A DNA stretch of 64,000 nucleotides from an uncultured Chloroflexia bacterium. GTDB lineage: Bacteria > Chloroflexota > Limnocylindria > Limnocylindrales > CSP1-4. This document shows positions 8,433 to 19,650 of this stretch, piece after piece. The notes beneath the pieces were generated by a model that searched no databases, was not told the origin of the DNA, and worked only from the letters and a program-made list of their open reading frames with translations. The DNA is taken from assembly GCA_963763775.1 (NCBI GenBank), contig CAVXPZ010000004.1, positions 1-64,000 on the forward strand. Direction: 5' to 3'. The translations under genes were made by a program, and so were the position numbers. Within the stretch, counting starts at the first letter, position 1, and each line of letters starts with the position of its first letter.

Positions 8433-9516
8433 ATGTTCGTCGTGATGGCCACCACCGCCACCGAGGCCGAGAGTCCTCGGGGTGAAGAGCCAGATCCTCG
8501 CCGAGGGGCTGACGCCGTTCGACCACGCCGGCACCGATCATGTGGTCATCGCGGTCGTCGGGGAGATCGGCGCGAGGCGACCCGTGCTGCTCGACCGGTT
8601 CGCGGCGATGCCCGGGGTGATGACCGTCACGCCGATCAGCAAGCCGTTCAAGCTGACGTCGCGCGAGTTCCATCCCGAGGACACCGTGATCCGCGTCCTC
8701 GACGCGGTCATCGGCGACGGCTCGCTCACGATGATGGCCGGCCCCTGCTCGGTCGAGAGCCGGGACCAGCTCTTCGAGACCGCGGACGCGGTCAAGGCGG
8801 CCGGGGCGACGATCCTGCGGGGCGGCGCGTTCAAGCCGCGGACCAGCCCGTACGCGTTCCAGGGCCTCGGGGTCGAGGCGCTCCGCTACCTCGCGGAGGC
8901 CCGTGAGCGGACCGGCCTCCCCGTGATCACCGAGGTCATGGAGCCCAACCAGGTCGACATCGTCGCCGAGTACGCCGACATCCTCCAGATCGGCACGCGG
9001 AACATGCAGAACTACTCGCTGCTCCGCGACGTGGGCCGGGTCGCGCGACCCGTCATGCTCAAGCGCGGCTACGGCGCGACCGTCGAGGAGTGGCTGATGG
9101 CGGCGGAGTACATCGTCAGCTCCGGCAACCCCAACGTCATCCTGTGCGAGCGCGGGATCCGGACGTTCGAGACCTACACCCGGAACACGATGGACCTTGC
9201 GGCCGTGCCGCTGGTCCACCAGCTCAGCCACCTGCCCGTCATCGTGGATCCGTCGCACGCCACCGGGAAGCGCTGGCTCGTGAAGCCGCTCGCGATCGGC
9301 GGGGTGGCCGTCGGGGCGGACGGGGTCATGGTCGAGGTCCACCCGACGCCCGACCAGGCGCTGTCCGACGCCGAGCAGCAGCTGACGCTGCCCCAGTTCG
9401 CCGACCTGATGGCGGCCATCGTGCCGGTCCATGCGCAGGTCCGGGCGCACCGCCGTGATCCGCTCGACGCGGGCGCCACCAGCCCGGTCGGCGGCGGGGG
9501 CTTGTCGAAGCATTGA
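8433..9516 (+). CDS. aroF: DAHP synthase type I-beta with N-terminal regulatory domain (frameshift near 8472)
   Basis: [51 protein letters not shown]. Confidence 0.95.
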
Positions 9517-10857
9517 TCGCGACCGACGTCGCCCGGGTCCGGCCGGCCGCGCGCCTGCGCGGGACGCTGCGCCTGCCCGGCGACAAGTCCGTCAGCCATC
9601 GGGCGCTGCTGCTCGCGGCCCTGGCGGCGGGCGAGAGCCGGATCGCCGGCGCGGGCGACGGGGCGGATGTCCGGTCGACGGCCGGGGTCGTCCGGGCGCT
9701 CGGTGCGATCGTGACGCGTCTCGACGAGGACGGCCCGACGGTCGGCTATCGCGTGGTCTCGCCGGGCGCCGATGGTCTTCGCGGACCCGACGCCGTCCTC
9801 GACTGCGGCAACTCCGGCACGAGCCTGCGGTTGACCGCGGGCGTGCTCGCCGGCCTGCCGTTGACGGTCACCTTGGACGGCGACGATTCGTTGCGTGGGC
9901 GTCCGGTCGCTCGTATCATCGAACCGCTGCGCCGCGATGGGAGCGGTGCTCCACGCCCGTCAGTCGGATTCGCTGCCCCCGCTGACCGTGACCGGTCGGA
10001 CGCCACTCACGGCCATCGACTACACGACCCCGGTCCCGAGCGCCCAGGTCAAGTCGGCGGTGCTCCTCGCGGGGCTCCGGGCGGACGGGCGCACGACCGT
10101 CCGCGAATTGGTCGCGACGCGCGATCACACGGAGCGCATGCTCCGCGCACGAGGCGTGCCGGTCGACCGAGGCGGCGCGGGCGACGATGACTCGGGCGAG
10201 ATCGTCTCGTGGACGGTGCAAGGAGGGATCGACGTGCAGGCGGTGGATCAGCAGGTGCCCGGGGATGTCTCCGCGGCGGCGTTCTGGCTGGTCGCCGGCG
10301 CCACGCACCCGGATGCCGAGCTGACCCTGCGCGATGTCGGCGTGAACCCCACGCGGCGCGCGGTCATCGACCTCCTGCGCCGCATGGGCGCGGACATCCG
10401 CGAGTCGCCGACCGACGACGACGGGGTCGGCGAACCGCTGGCGGACCTCGTCGTCCGCTCCTCTGCGCTCCACGGGATCGACCTCGAGCCGGCCGACGTC
10501 GCGGCGGCGATCGACGAGATCCCGGTCCTGTGCCTCGCCGCGGCCCTGGCCGACGGCCCGACGACGATCCGCGGCGCCGGCGAGCTCCGGCACAAGGAAT
10601 CGGACCGGATCGCGGGGATCGCGGCCGGGCTGACGGCCCTTGGCGCCCGCGTGCGCGTCGAGGGCGACGACCTCCGCATCGACGGCGGCGCCCGCCTCCA
10701 TGGCGCGCCCACGGACAGCCTCGACGACCATCGACTGGCGATGACGTTCGCGATCGCGGGCCTCGTCGCCGAGGGCGAGACCACCATCGAGCGGCCGCGC
10801 TCGGCCGCGATCTCCTATCCCGGTTTCTTCGACGACCTCGAAAGGGTGCGAGCATGA
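9513..10857 (+). CDS. aroA: EPSP synthase (frameshift near 9930)
   Basis: [48 protein letters not shown]. Confidence 0.95.
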
Positions 10858-11759
10858 CGAAGCGCGTCGTCCTCATCGGCCACCCGGTGGCACATTCCCT
10901 GTCCGGCGCCATGCAGCAGGCCGCGTTCGACTCCGCCGGGATCGATGCGCACTACGAGCTCTGGGACCGCGCGCCGATCGACCTGGCGGACGCCGTCACG
11001 GAGCTCCGCACCGACGAGTTCCTCGGGGCCAATGTCACGATCCCGCACAAGGAGCGGGTCGTGCCGATGGTCGACCGCCTCACCGAGGAGGCCCACGCGA
11101 CCGGCGCCGTGAACACGATCACCCGCGAGGGCAAGCGCCTGGTCGGGCACAACACGGACGTGCCCGGGTTCAAGGTCGCGCTCGACCGTCTCGTCGGGAA
11201 GCAGAAGATGCCCCGGGCCGCGGTCGTGCTCGGTGCCGGTGGCGGCGCGCGCGCCGTCGTGTACGGCCTCATCACCGAGGGCTTCCAACGGATCATCGTC
11301 TTCAACCGGCACCTCCATCGCGCCGAAGGCCTCGTCAAGCACTTCGGGCGCTCGGCGGCGCACATGGAGCTACGGGCGATGCCCTGGCACGAGTCGATCA
11401 TCGAATCGGAGCTCGCGAAGACGCGGATCCTCGTCAACGCGACGTCGATCGGCCTCACGACGGACGAGAGCCCGATCGTCGCGGAGTCCCTGCATGCGGA
11501 CCTGCTGGTCCTCGACCTGATCTACGCCCGGACCACGCTGCTCCGCGACGCGGCAGCCGCCGGTTGCACGACCGCGGACGGCGAGCTGATGCTCCTGCAC
11601 CAGGGCGCGGCCGCGTTCACCCTGTGGACCGGACAGAAGGCGCCGCTCGAGCTCATGCAGGAGAAGCTGGCCGAGGCTCGCGCCGGCGGTCTGCGCTCCG
11701 CCGAAGGCGAACCTGCCGGCGAGCCTGAGGCGGCCCCGGCGGCCTCGGCCGCGGACTGA
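10854..11759 (+). CDS. aroE: shikimate dehydrogenase
   Basis: GHPVAHSLS, GANVTIPHK, GAVNT, GHNTD, LGAGGGARA; ATGA overlap with aroA. Confidence 0.95.
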   Translation: MTKRVVLIGHPVAHSLSGAMQQAAFDSAGIDAHYELWDRAPIDLADAVTELRTDEFLGANVTIPHKERVVPMVDRLTEEAHATGAVNTITREGKRLVGHNTDVPGFKVALDRLVGKQKMPRAAVVLGAGGGARAVVYGLITEGFQRIIVFNRHLHRAEGLVKHFGRSAAHMELRAMPWHESIIESELAKTRILVNATSIGLTTDESPIVAESLHADLLVLDLIYARTTLLRDAAAAGCTTADGELMLLHQGAAAFTLWTGQKAPLELMQEKLAEARAGGLRSAEGEPAGEPEAAPAASAAD

Positions 11760-11786
11760 CTCGACCCGCGAGCGACCGGATCCACG

Positions 11787-13090
11787 ATGGCGGCGTTCCG
11801 TTTCCTCACGGCCGGTGAATCCACGGCCCCGCCCTCGGCGCCACGATCGAAGGCGTCCCGGCCGGCCTGCCGCTGACCGAGGACGTGATCGCGGTCGATC
11901 TCGCCCGTCGGCAGCGCGGGTACGGTCGCGGCGCTCGCCAGGCGATCGAGCACGACCGGGCGGAGATCCTCGGTGGCGTCCGGCACGGCCGGACGCTGGG
12001 CTCGCCGATCCTGCTGCTCGTCCGCAACCGCGATTGGGAGAACTGGACGTCCGTCATGCAGGTCGGGCCACTCGCCGACGACGAGGCGGCCGCGCTCCTC
12101 GCCGCCGCGGACGAGGGCAACAAGCGGGCGACGCCGGTCACGCGCGTGCGACCGGGTCACGCCGACCTCGCCGGGGCGCTCAAGTACGGCTTCAACGACG
12201 TCCGGAACGTGCTCGAGCGGGCGTCGGCACGCGAGACGGCGGCGCGAGTCGCGGTGGGCGGTGTCGCGCGGGCCTTCCTGCGCGAGCTCGGCATCGAGGT
12301 CTGGTCCTTCACCGCGGAGGTGGGCGGTGTCGCCGTGGATCCCGGGAACTGCACGCGCCCCCGCGCCGAGGCGGACGACTCGCCCTTGCGCTGCCCGGAC
12401 CCGGACGCGGAGACGCGGATGATCGCCCGGATCGACGAGGCGCGGTCCGCCGGCGACACCGTCGGCGGGGTGTTCGAGGTGGTGGCGCACGGCCTGCCGA
12501 TCGGCCTCGGGTCGTACGTCCATTGGGACCGGCGCCTCGATGCGGCGCTCGCGGCCGCGGTCATGAGCATCAACATCGTGAAGGGCGTGGAGTTCGGGCT
12601 GGGCTTCGAGCAGACGCGGCGGTTCGGATCGGGCGTCCACGACGTGATCGAGGGCCGCTCCGACGACGGCCGCTGGGTCCACCGCAGCAACCATGCCGGC
12701 GGCCTCACGGGCGGCGTGACGAACGGGGAGCCGCTGGTCGTGCGCGGGGCGGTCAAGCCGATCTCGACGCTCGCGCGCCCGCTCCCGTCCGCGGACCTCA
12801 TCACCGGCGAGGCGGTCGACAAGGCCCACTACGAGCGAAGCGACATCAGCGTCGTCCCGGCGGCCGGGGTCGTCGGCGAGGCCATGGTGATGCTCACGCT
12901 CGCGGCCGCGATGGCCGAGAAGTTCGGCGGGGACACGATGGACGACGTCCGGCGCAACCTCGACACGTATCGCGAGCGGATCGCGCGCGCGCCGGAGGCG
13001 CCCGTCGCCGGCGGCCGGCGGTCCGGCGCCGCGCCCGTCTCGCACGGCCTGACCGGCACGGACGAGGCCGGCTCCGGCGGCGACGACTGA
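11787..13090 (+). CDS. aroC: chorismate synthase (frameshift near 11828)
   Basis: FLTAGESHG, RRQRGYGRG, RPGHADLAG, LERASARETAARVA, ERSD. Confidence 0.95.
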
Positions 13091-13094
13091 TCCG

Positions 13095-13620
13095 ATGGAC
13101 GTCGTGCTCGTCGGCCTCCCCGGCAGCGGCAAGAGCGTCGTCGGTCGCCGCCTCGCGCAGCGGCACAAGGCGACCTTCATCGACCTCGACGAGCGCATCG
13201 AGCGCGAGACCGGCCGAGGCATCCCGGAGATCTTCGCCGAGGACGGCGAGGCGGCCTTCCGCGACCTCGAGCGCCGCGCCGTGGTCAGCCTGGGCGGCCC
13301 CGACGCTGACCCCGAGATCCGGCGGGTGGTCGCCACCGGAGGCGGCGCGGTCGTGGACCCCCGGAACCGGTGGAGCCTGTATCGCGGCCGGGCGACCGTG
13401 TGGCTCGATGGACGCCCGGAGGTCCTGGCCCAGCGTCTGCGCCGATCGCCCAACGTGCGGCCGCTCGTCGCCGACCGCGACCCGATCGGGGCGATCCGCG
13501 ACCTGGGCGCCCGCCGCGAGCGCTTCTACGGCGCCGCCGCGATCCGGAGTGCCGGGGTCGCCGAAGTCCACGCGGTGGTCGAAGCCATCGACGACCGGCT
13601 GGCCCGCCTGACGCCGGCGA
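13095..13620 (+). CDS. aroK: shikimate kinase moiety of an apparent AroK-AroB fusion
   Basis: GLPGSGKS, DLDERIE, GEAAFR, ATGGGAV, RPL; no stop before the AroB sequence. Confidence 0.88.
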
Positions 13621-14752
13621 CCCTCTCGACGGGCGCCACCCTCCTTCGCACCGAGACCCCGATCGGTCGATTTCGAGATCGGCGACGGGATCGCCGTGGC
13701 CGGGATCCACGACGCGCTCGAGCGACTCGCGGCGCGTCGGGCGATCCTCATCTCGGAACCGGGGGCCTGGTCGGCCGTCGGGAGCGGCCACGCCGATGGC
13801 CTGCGCGCGGCCGGCTGGACCGTGGAGGTCATCCTGCTGCCCCAGGGCGAGGACGCCAAACGGCTGACGGTCGTGGAGACCGCGGCCAGCGAGCTCGCCC
13901 GACTCCGGGTCGGGCGTGACGAACCGCTCGTCGCGATCGGTGGCGGTGCGCTTGGGCGACACGGCCGGGTTCCTCGCCGCCACGTATCTCCGCGGCGTCG
14001 CGGTCATCCACGTCCCGACGACCCTGGTCGCGCAGATCGATTCCTCGATCGGCGGGAAGACCGGCGTGGACCTGCCCGAGGGCAAGAACCTCATGGGCGC
14101 CTTCCACCAACCGGCCGCCGTCGTCATCGATGTCCGCGCGCTCGCCACCCTGCCGGAACGACAGCGTCGGGCCGCGCTCGGCGAGGCGGTCAAGATGGCG
14201 GTCCTCGGCGACGAGCGGCTGTTCGAGGTCCTCGAGGCCCACGGCCAAGCGATCGCGGCAGGATCGCCGGATGCCTTCGCGGGCGGCGTGATCGCGGAGG
14301 TCGTCGAGCGCTGCGCGTGGGCCAAGGTCGCGGTGGTCCTCGCGGACGAGCGCGAGCGGGACGCCACGGGTGGGCGCATCACGCTCAACCTCGGCCACTC
14401 GCTCGGGCACGCCGTGGAGGCCGCGGCCGGGTACGGCGGGCTGCTCCATGGCGAGGCCGTCGCGTACGGTCTTCGCGCAGCCACCCGGATCGGGCTCGCC
14501 GTCGGAGTCACCCCGGTCGAGCGCGCCGAGCGGATCGCCGCGGTGCTCGACCGCCTCGAGCTCGCGACCGAGCCTCTCGACGTCTCGCTGGCGTCGGTCA
14601 TGGCCTATCTCGCCACGGACAAGAAGCACGCGTCGGGCCGGCTGCGCTGGATCCTGCCGACGGGCGATGGGGTCGTCATCCGCGACGACATCGATCCCTC
14701 GGTCGTGGAGGCCGCCGCCATGTCGCTGCTCGCCGCCGGGAGCCGCCGATGA
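13621..14752 (+). CDS. aroB: 3-dehydroquinate synthase moiety of the AroK-AroB fusion (frameshifts near 13672 and 13952)
   Basis: GEDAK, IGGG..GDTAGF, VPTTLVAQIDSSIGGKTG, KNLMGAFHQP, LNLGHSLGHA, HGEAV, DKK. Confidence 0.92.
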
Positions 14753-15192
14753 CCGCCGTCCTTGTCCTGCAGGGCCCGAACCTGAACCTCGTCGGGACCC
14801 GCGAGCCCGAGATCTACGGCTACGACACGCTCGAGGACATCCATGCCGGGATCGCCGCCCGGGCCGCGGAGCTGGGGCTCGACGTGGCGTTCTTCCAGTC
14901 CAACCACGAGGGTGCCCTCATCGACCGCCTTCACCAGCGGGACTTCGATGTCGCGATCGTCAACGCCGGAGGGTTGACGCACACGAGCGTCGCGCTCCGG
15001 GACGCCCTGCTGGCCGTCCACCGGCCGTTCATCGAGGTCCACCTGTCCGACCCGTGGAAGCGCGAGAAGTTCCGGCGCGTGAACTTTCTCCACGACATCG
15101 CCCTCGAGACGTACGTGGGCCAGGGGGCGCGCGGCTACCATCTCGCGCTCGAGTCGATCGCCCGTCGGACCGGTGGCGCCGCCGGTGCCTGA
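14749..15192 (+). CDS. aroQ: type II 3-dehydroquinate dehydratase
   Basis: QGPNLNLVGTREPEIYG, QSNHEG, NAGGLTHTSVALRDA, EVHLS. Confidence 0.95.
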   Translation: MTAVLVLQGPNLNLVGTREPEIYGYDTLEDIHAGIAARAAELGLDVAFFQSNHEGALIDRLHQRDFDVAIVNAGGLTHTSVALRDALLAVHRPFIEVHLSDPWKREKFRRVNFLHDIALETYVGQGARGYHLALESIARRTGGAAGA

Positions 15193-15490
15193 ACGCGCGC
15201 CCGAGACCGCGGAGCTCCGGCGCCTGCGCCGGCGCATCGATGCGCTCGACCGAAAGCTGGTCGCCCTCCTCAACGAGCGCGCCGAGCTCGCCCGCGCCGT
15301 CGGGCACGAGAAGCATCGCGTCGGGCGGCGGGCCGTGCGGGACCTCGAGCGCGAGCGAGAGGTGCTCCTGCGGGTCTCGATGGCGAACACGGGACCGCTC
15401 GCCCAGGCCGACCTGCTCGCCGTGTACCGGCGATTGATGCAGTCGACCCGCGCGCTCGAGGCGCGCGACCGGGCCCGCGAGGATGACTGA
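15185..15490 (+). CDS. chorismate mutase (AroQ-type, CM_2)
   Basis: LRRRIDALDRKLVALLNER, VRDLEREREVL. Confidence 0.88.
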   Translation: MPERAPETAELRRLRRRIDALDRKLVALLNERAELARAVGHEKHRVGRRAVRDLEREREVLLRVSMANTGPLAQADLLAVYRRLMQSTRALEARDRAREDD

Positions 15491-17084
15491 GTCGTCCGCA
15501 CCGTCCGCGGCCGCGGCTCGCACCCGGCCGGACCTGACGGCCCTGCCGTTCCTGCGCGGCGTCGTGATGCTGGTCGCCGGCGGGATCGCCGTCCTGCGAC
15601 CGGACGGTGCCGCCCTGGCGCTCGGTGTCGCGCTGCTCATCGTGTCCGGCATCGAGGTGGTCCTCTGGGTCCGCCTGCCCGGACCGCTGTCCGCGCGGTC
15701 GGACCGGGGTCGCCGGGTCCTTCGCGTCCTGGCCGGCACGGTCGCCGGACTCGCGCTCGTGGTGTCGGAGTCGCGAAGCATCGGCGGCGAAGCGCAGATC
15801 CTGGCCGTCGCCCTCGTCGCGTTCGCGCTCGTGGACCTGTACGGCGCCTGGCGGGCCGCCACACCGAGCCTTCGGTCGTGGCGCGCCGCGCGCGCCGGCC
15901 TGGCACTCGCCGTCGCGGCGGTCCTCGTGGTCATCCCGACGGTCGCGTTCGCCATCGTCATCTTCCTGGGGGCGATCACGTGGATGGTGATCGGCGGCAT
16001 CACGGTCGCGGCAGCCCTCGACCCGAGGATCGGCGTCGGGCTCGATGGCCGGCGCCCGACGGGGCTGTCGGACCTCGTCGTCACGTGGCTCCGGTCGCGC
16101 GACGTCGGGGCCGACCGGCGCACGGAGATCGTCGACAGCTACAGCTACGAGACCGACGTCCATGGGAAGCTGACACGATTCGCCGTCCTGCTCGGCCTCT
16201 CCTCGACGATCGCGGCGGCCGGGCTCATCAGCAACTCGGTCGCGGCCATCATCGGCGCGATGATCGTCGCGCCGCTCATGGGGCCGATCGTCGCGATCGC
16301 CATCGGCATCGTGACCGGATCGTCGGCTCGGGCGTGGCGGGCGCTCCGGATCGTCGCCGGCGGCATCGTCACGACCGTCCTGATCGGCGTGATCCTGGGG
16401 GCATGGCTCGGCGGGCCGACGGTCGCCGAGAACAGCGAGATCGTGGGCCGGACCGCGCCCACGCTCCTCGACCTCGTCGTCGCCCTCGCCGCGGGTGCCG
16501 CAGGTGCCTACGCCGTCTCGAACGCCAAGGTCGCGGACTCCCTCCCCGGAGTGGCGATCGCCATCTCGCTCGTGCCGCCGCTCGCGACCGCCGGCATCCT
16601 GTTGAGCGTCGGTGAGGCGAGCGCCGCGATGGGCGCTTTCCTGCTCTTCTTCACGAACCTCGTCTCGATCGTCATCGCCGCGTGCGTGGTCTTCGTGATC
16701 ACCGGGGTCGCCCCGCTGCGAGACGTGGAGACCCAGGCCGAGCGGACACAGGGGTGGTTCGTCGGGTTCGTCGCCCTCGGGCTGATCCTCACGATCCCGC
16801 TCGCGATCGGCACCGAGCAGGCCTTGATCGATGCCACCGATACGAACGACGCGAACGCGGCCGTCAAGGCGTGGCTCGCCAAGGCACCGACCTTCGAGAT
16901 CGTCGACGTGTCGGTGGCCGGCTCGGACGTGACCGTGCAGGTCAGGGGCCCGGGCGAGCCGCCGGACCCCGCCGCCCTCGAGGCCGGCCTCACGACGAAC
17001 CTGGAGCACCCGGTGTCCCTGACGCTGCGCGTCATCCCGGTGACCATCTACACGAGCTCGCCGCTCCCCGTCGCGCCGTCGTGA
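15483..17084 (+). CDS. DUF389 domain membrane protein with N-terminal DUF308/HdeD-like TM region
   Basis: IIGAMIVAPLMGPI, RTAPTLLDL.VALAAG, LPGVAIAISLVPPL. Confidence 0.85.
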   Translation: MTESSAPSAAAARTRPDLTALPFLRGVVMLVAGGIAVLRPDGAALALGVALLIVSGIEVVLWVRLPGPLSARSDRGRRVLRVLAGTVAGLALVVSESRSIGGEAQILAVALVAFALVDLYGAWRAATPSLRSWRAARAGLALAVAAVLVVIPTVAFAIVIFLGAITWMVIGGITVAAALDPRIGVGLDGRRPTGLSDLVVTWLRSRDVGADRRTEIVDSYSYETDVHGKLTRFAVLLGLSSTIAAAGLISNSVAAIIGAMIVAPLMGPIVAIAIGIVTGSSARAWRALRIVAGGIVTTVLIGVILGAWLGGPTVAENSEIVGRTAPTLLDLVVALAAGAAGAYAVSNAKVADSLPGVAIAISLVPPLATAGILLSVGEASAAMGAFLLFFTNLVSIVIAACVVFVITGVAPLRDVETQAERTQGWFVGFVALGLILTIPLAIGTEQALIDATDTNDANAAVKAWLAKAPTFEIVDVSVAGSDVTVQVRGPGEPPDPAALEAGLTTNLEHPVSLTLRVIPVTIYTSSPLPVAPS

Positions 17085-17950
17085 GCGGCGCCGGGCTGTC
17101 GGTCCGGACGCGATTCGCCCCGGCGCCGACCGGGTATCTCCATCTCGGGCACGTGGCCAACGCGATCCATGTCTGGGGCATGGCCCGGGCGGCGGGTGGG
17201 TCCGTGCTACTGCGGATCGAGGACCACGACCGGCAGCGCAGCCGCGGCTCGTTCGAATCGGCGATCCTCGAGGACCTCGCGTGGCTCGGGTTCACTCCCG
17301 ACGAGGGACCGGTCCGCCAGTCCGACGACGACGCCCCGTACGACGCGGCCCTGGCCGACCTCCGACGAGCCGGCCTCGCGTACGGCTGCGACTGCACGCG
17401 CGCGACCTTCGCCGCCTGGGCCGAGGCCGCTGGCCGGCCGTGGCGAGGCGTCGGGTGCCCCGGAGGGTGCCGGGAGCGCGGCGCCGCCGAGATCACGATC
17501 CGCGTGGCGCTCGGCGCCGGGACCGAGACGTGGGTGGACCGGCTCGTCGGACCATGCTCCGGTGACGTCGTCCAGGCCGGCGACCCGGTGATCCGGGACC
17601 GGCACGGCAACTGGACGTACGGGTTCGCCGTCATCGTTGACGACGCGCGCCACGGGGTCGACCTCGTCGTCCGCGGCCGCGACCTGCTCGATGCCACGCC
17701 GATGCAGCTCCGCCTCGCGGCGCGGCTCGGCCGGGCGGTCCCGCCGGTCTTCGCCCATCACCCGCTGATCCGGCGACCGGACGGCCGCAAGCTCTCGAAG
17801 GCCGACGGTGCGACCGCAGTCCGGGACCTGCGCCAGAGCGGCCGGCGCCCGGAGGACCTGGTCGGCGAGGCCGCGGCGGCGGTCGGCCTGCTGCACGCTC
17901 CCCGACCGATCCCGGCCGCCGAGGTCGTCAGCCTGTTCGGCCCGTCCTAG
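17081..17950 (+). CDS. gluQ: glutamyl-Q tRNA(Asp) synthetase-like protein (GluRS catalytic domain only)
   Basis: RFAPAPTGYLHLGH, LRIEDHD, YGCDCTR, VVRGRDL, KLSK; no anticodon-binding domain. Confidence 0.8.
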   Translation: MSGAGLSVRTRFAPAPTGYLHLGHVANAIHVWGMARAAGGSVLLRIEDHDRQRSRGSFESAILEDLAWLGFTPDEGPVRQSDDDAPYDAALADLRRAGLAYGCDCTRATFAAWAEAAGRPWRGVGCPGGCRERGAAEITIRVALGAGTETWVDRLVGPCSGDVVQAGDPVIRDRHGNWTYGFAVIVDDARHGVDLVVRGRDLLDATPMQLRLAARLGRAVPPVFAHHPLIRRPDGRKLSKADGATAVRDLRQSGRRPEDLVGEAAAAVGLLHAPRPIPAAEVVSLFGPS

Positions 17951-17957
17951 CGACGCG

Positions 17958-18650
17958 TCAGAGCGCCGAGCGGTCCTCGATCTCCCAGGCATGGTCGAGG
18001 ACGTGCCACGCGATCCGCCGTGCGGCGTAGCGGGGCGGCCACTTGCGGCCCGCGATCGGCGACCCGTCCGAGGGCTCGCGGAGGACCGCCGCCATGGCCG
18101 CGCGGAGGTCGTCGATCGCCGCGCGGTCCGTCGGGTCCACCCGCGGCCGCTTGATGCCCATGACCTGCGCGTAGGCCTGTTCCGCCTCGACCACATGGGC
18201 GAAGACCTTGTCCCGGTCGCGGCCGCCACCGCGCGGGCCCTTGCGGAGCTCGGCCGGGGCCCCGGCGACGATGTCGTCGAGGGCGGCCCAGGCAGCGCTC
18301 AGGATCCGGACCTGTCGTCCAGCCTCGGCGGCGTCCGTGGGGCGGCGGTCACTGGCCACGATCTCGCCCGGGACGCCGAAGTCGGTGCCGGCGCCGCCGT
18401 CCGCACGATCCACGAGGTCGAGATCGTGCGCGGAGGCGTGGAGCGGCGCATAGCCTGCGCGCGCGATCACCGCGTCGTACCGCTCGGCGTGGGCGATCAG
18501 CGCGTCCGACGCGGCGAGCTCGGTCTTCCCGGACCGGCACCAGCCCGGCCAGTCGACGGCCCACAGGAAGACCTTCTTCGTCCCGACCTCGACGGCGGTG
18601 CCGATGTGGTCCTGGTGCCCGCCCGCGACGCCAGCGCCTGTCTCGTCCAT
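17958..18650 (-). CDS. conserved hypothetical protein (DinB-like C-terminus)
   Basis: AVDWPGWCRSGK, LRKGPRGGGRDRD, RRIAWHVLDHAWEIED. Confidence 0.78.
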   Translation of the reverse strand: MDETGAGVAGGHQDHIGTAVEVGTKKVFLWAVDWPGWCRSGKTELAASDALIAHAERYDAVIARAGYAPLHASAHDLDLVDRADGGAGTDFGVPGEIVASDRRPTDAAEAGRQVRILSAAWAALDDIVAGAPAELRKGPRGGGRDRDKVFAHVVEAEQAYAQVMGIKRPRVDPTDRAAIDDLRAAMAAVLREPSDGSPIAGRKWPPRYAARRIAWHVLDHAWEIEDRSAL

Positions 18651-18668
18651 GCGCCTACCCTACCAAGC
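18651..18668. promoter_or_regulatory. bidirectional overlapping -10 elements for two divergent leaderless genes
   Basis: + strand TACCCT-7nt-ATG(18669); - strand TAGGGT-6nt-ATG(18650). Confidence 0.65.
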
Positions 18669-19650
18669 ATGCCCATCGTCGATGTCCACACGCACATGTT
18701 CACGCGACGCTGGCTCGAGCGCCTGCGCACCGCCGGGGGTCCGTACGTCGTTCGGGTCCGGCCCGACGGCCGCGAGGAGATCTTCCGCGGCGAGACACCG
18801 GTCGTCTTCCCGCAGCCGGGCCACTTCGACTACGGCCTGCGGATCGCCACCATGGACGAGGCCGGGATCGACGTGTCCGTGGTCTCGCTCACCTGCCCGA
18901 ACGTCTACTGGGGCGACGAGACGACCAGCACCGAGGCCGCACGCGAATCGAACGCCTCCATGGCCGATGCGCAACGCGCGTACCCGGCCCGGATCCGGTG
19001 GTTCGCCTCGCTGCCCTGGGAGTACCCCGGACGGGCGGTCGAGGAGCTGGCACGCAGCGTCGATGATGGCGCGGTCGGGGTCATGGTCCTCGCGAACATC
19101 GCCGGCCGGAGCCTCACCGAGCCCGCGTTCGCGCCGGTCTGGGCCGAGATCGACCGGCGTGGGTTGCCGGTCCTCGTCCATCCGGGCGAGCCGCCCGGCA
19201 CGGACCTGATGGACATGCGCCAGTACGACCTCAGCTGGTCGGTCGGATTCATGTTCGACACGACGCTCGCGTTGACGCGGATGATCTTCGACGGCTTCAT
19301 CGACCGGTACCCGGACCTGCGGCTCATCGCCGCCCACGGCGGGGGCACGCTCCCCTACCTCGTCGGTCGGTTCGAGAAGGGCGACGAGGTCGAGCTCGCG
19401 TCGCGCCGCCGGATGCAGGCATCGCCGACCGAGTACCTCCGCCGGATCTACTACGACTGCATCACGTACGACCTGGGCGCGCTGCGCTACCTGATCTCGG
19501 TGGTGGGCGCGGACCGCGTCCTGTTCGGGACCGACTGGCCGCACCAGGTCCACGACATCGCCGGTTCGCTGCGCGCACACGGCCGCCCTCCCGGCAGACC
19601 AGCGGGACGCGATCCGCGGCGCGAACGCGACGCGGCTCTTCGGGATCTAG
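18669..19650 (+). CDS. amidohydrolase family protein (ACMSD-like decarboxylase; frameshift near 19573)
   Basis: VDVHTH, VLVHP, AAHGGGTLPY, YYDC, FGTDWPH; true C-terminus GANATRLFGI* lies in the shifted frame. Confidence 0.88.

Noticed and set aside
10209-15192. Long ORFs suggesting N-terminal extensions or fusions of AroE and AroQ
   Set aside because: Stop-free shadow frames in GC-rich DNA; both genes have their own ATGA-coupled starts.
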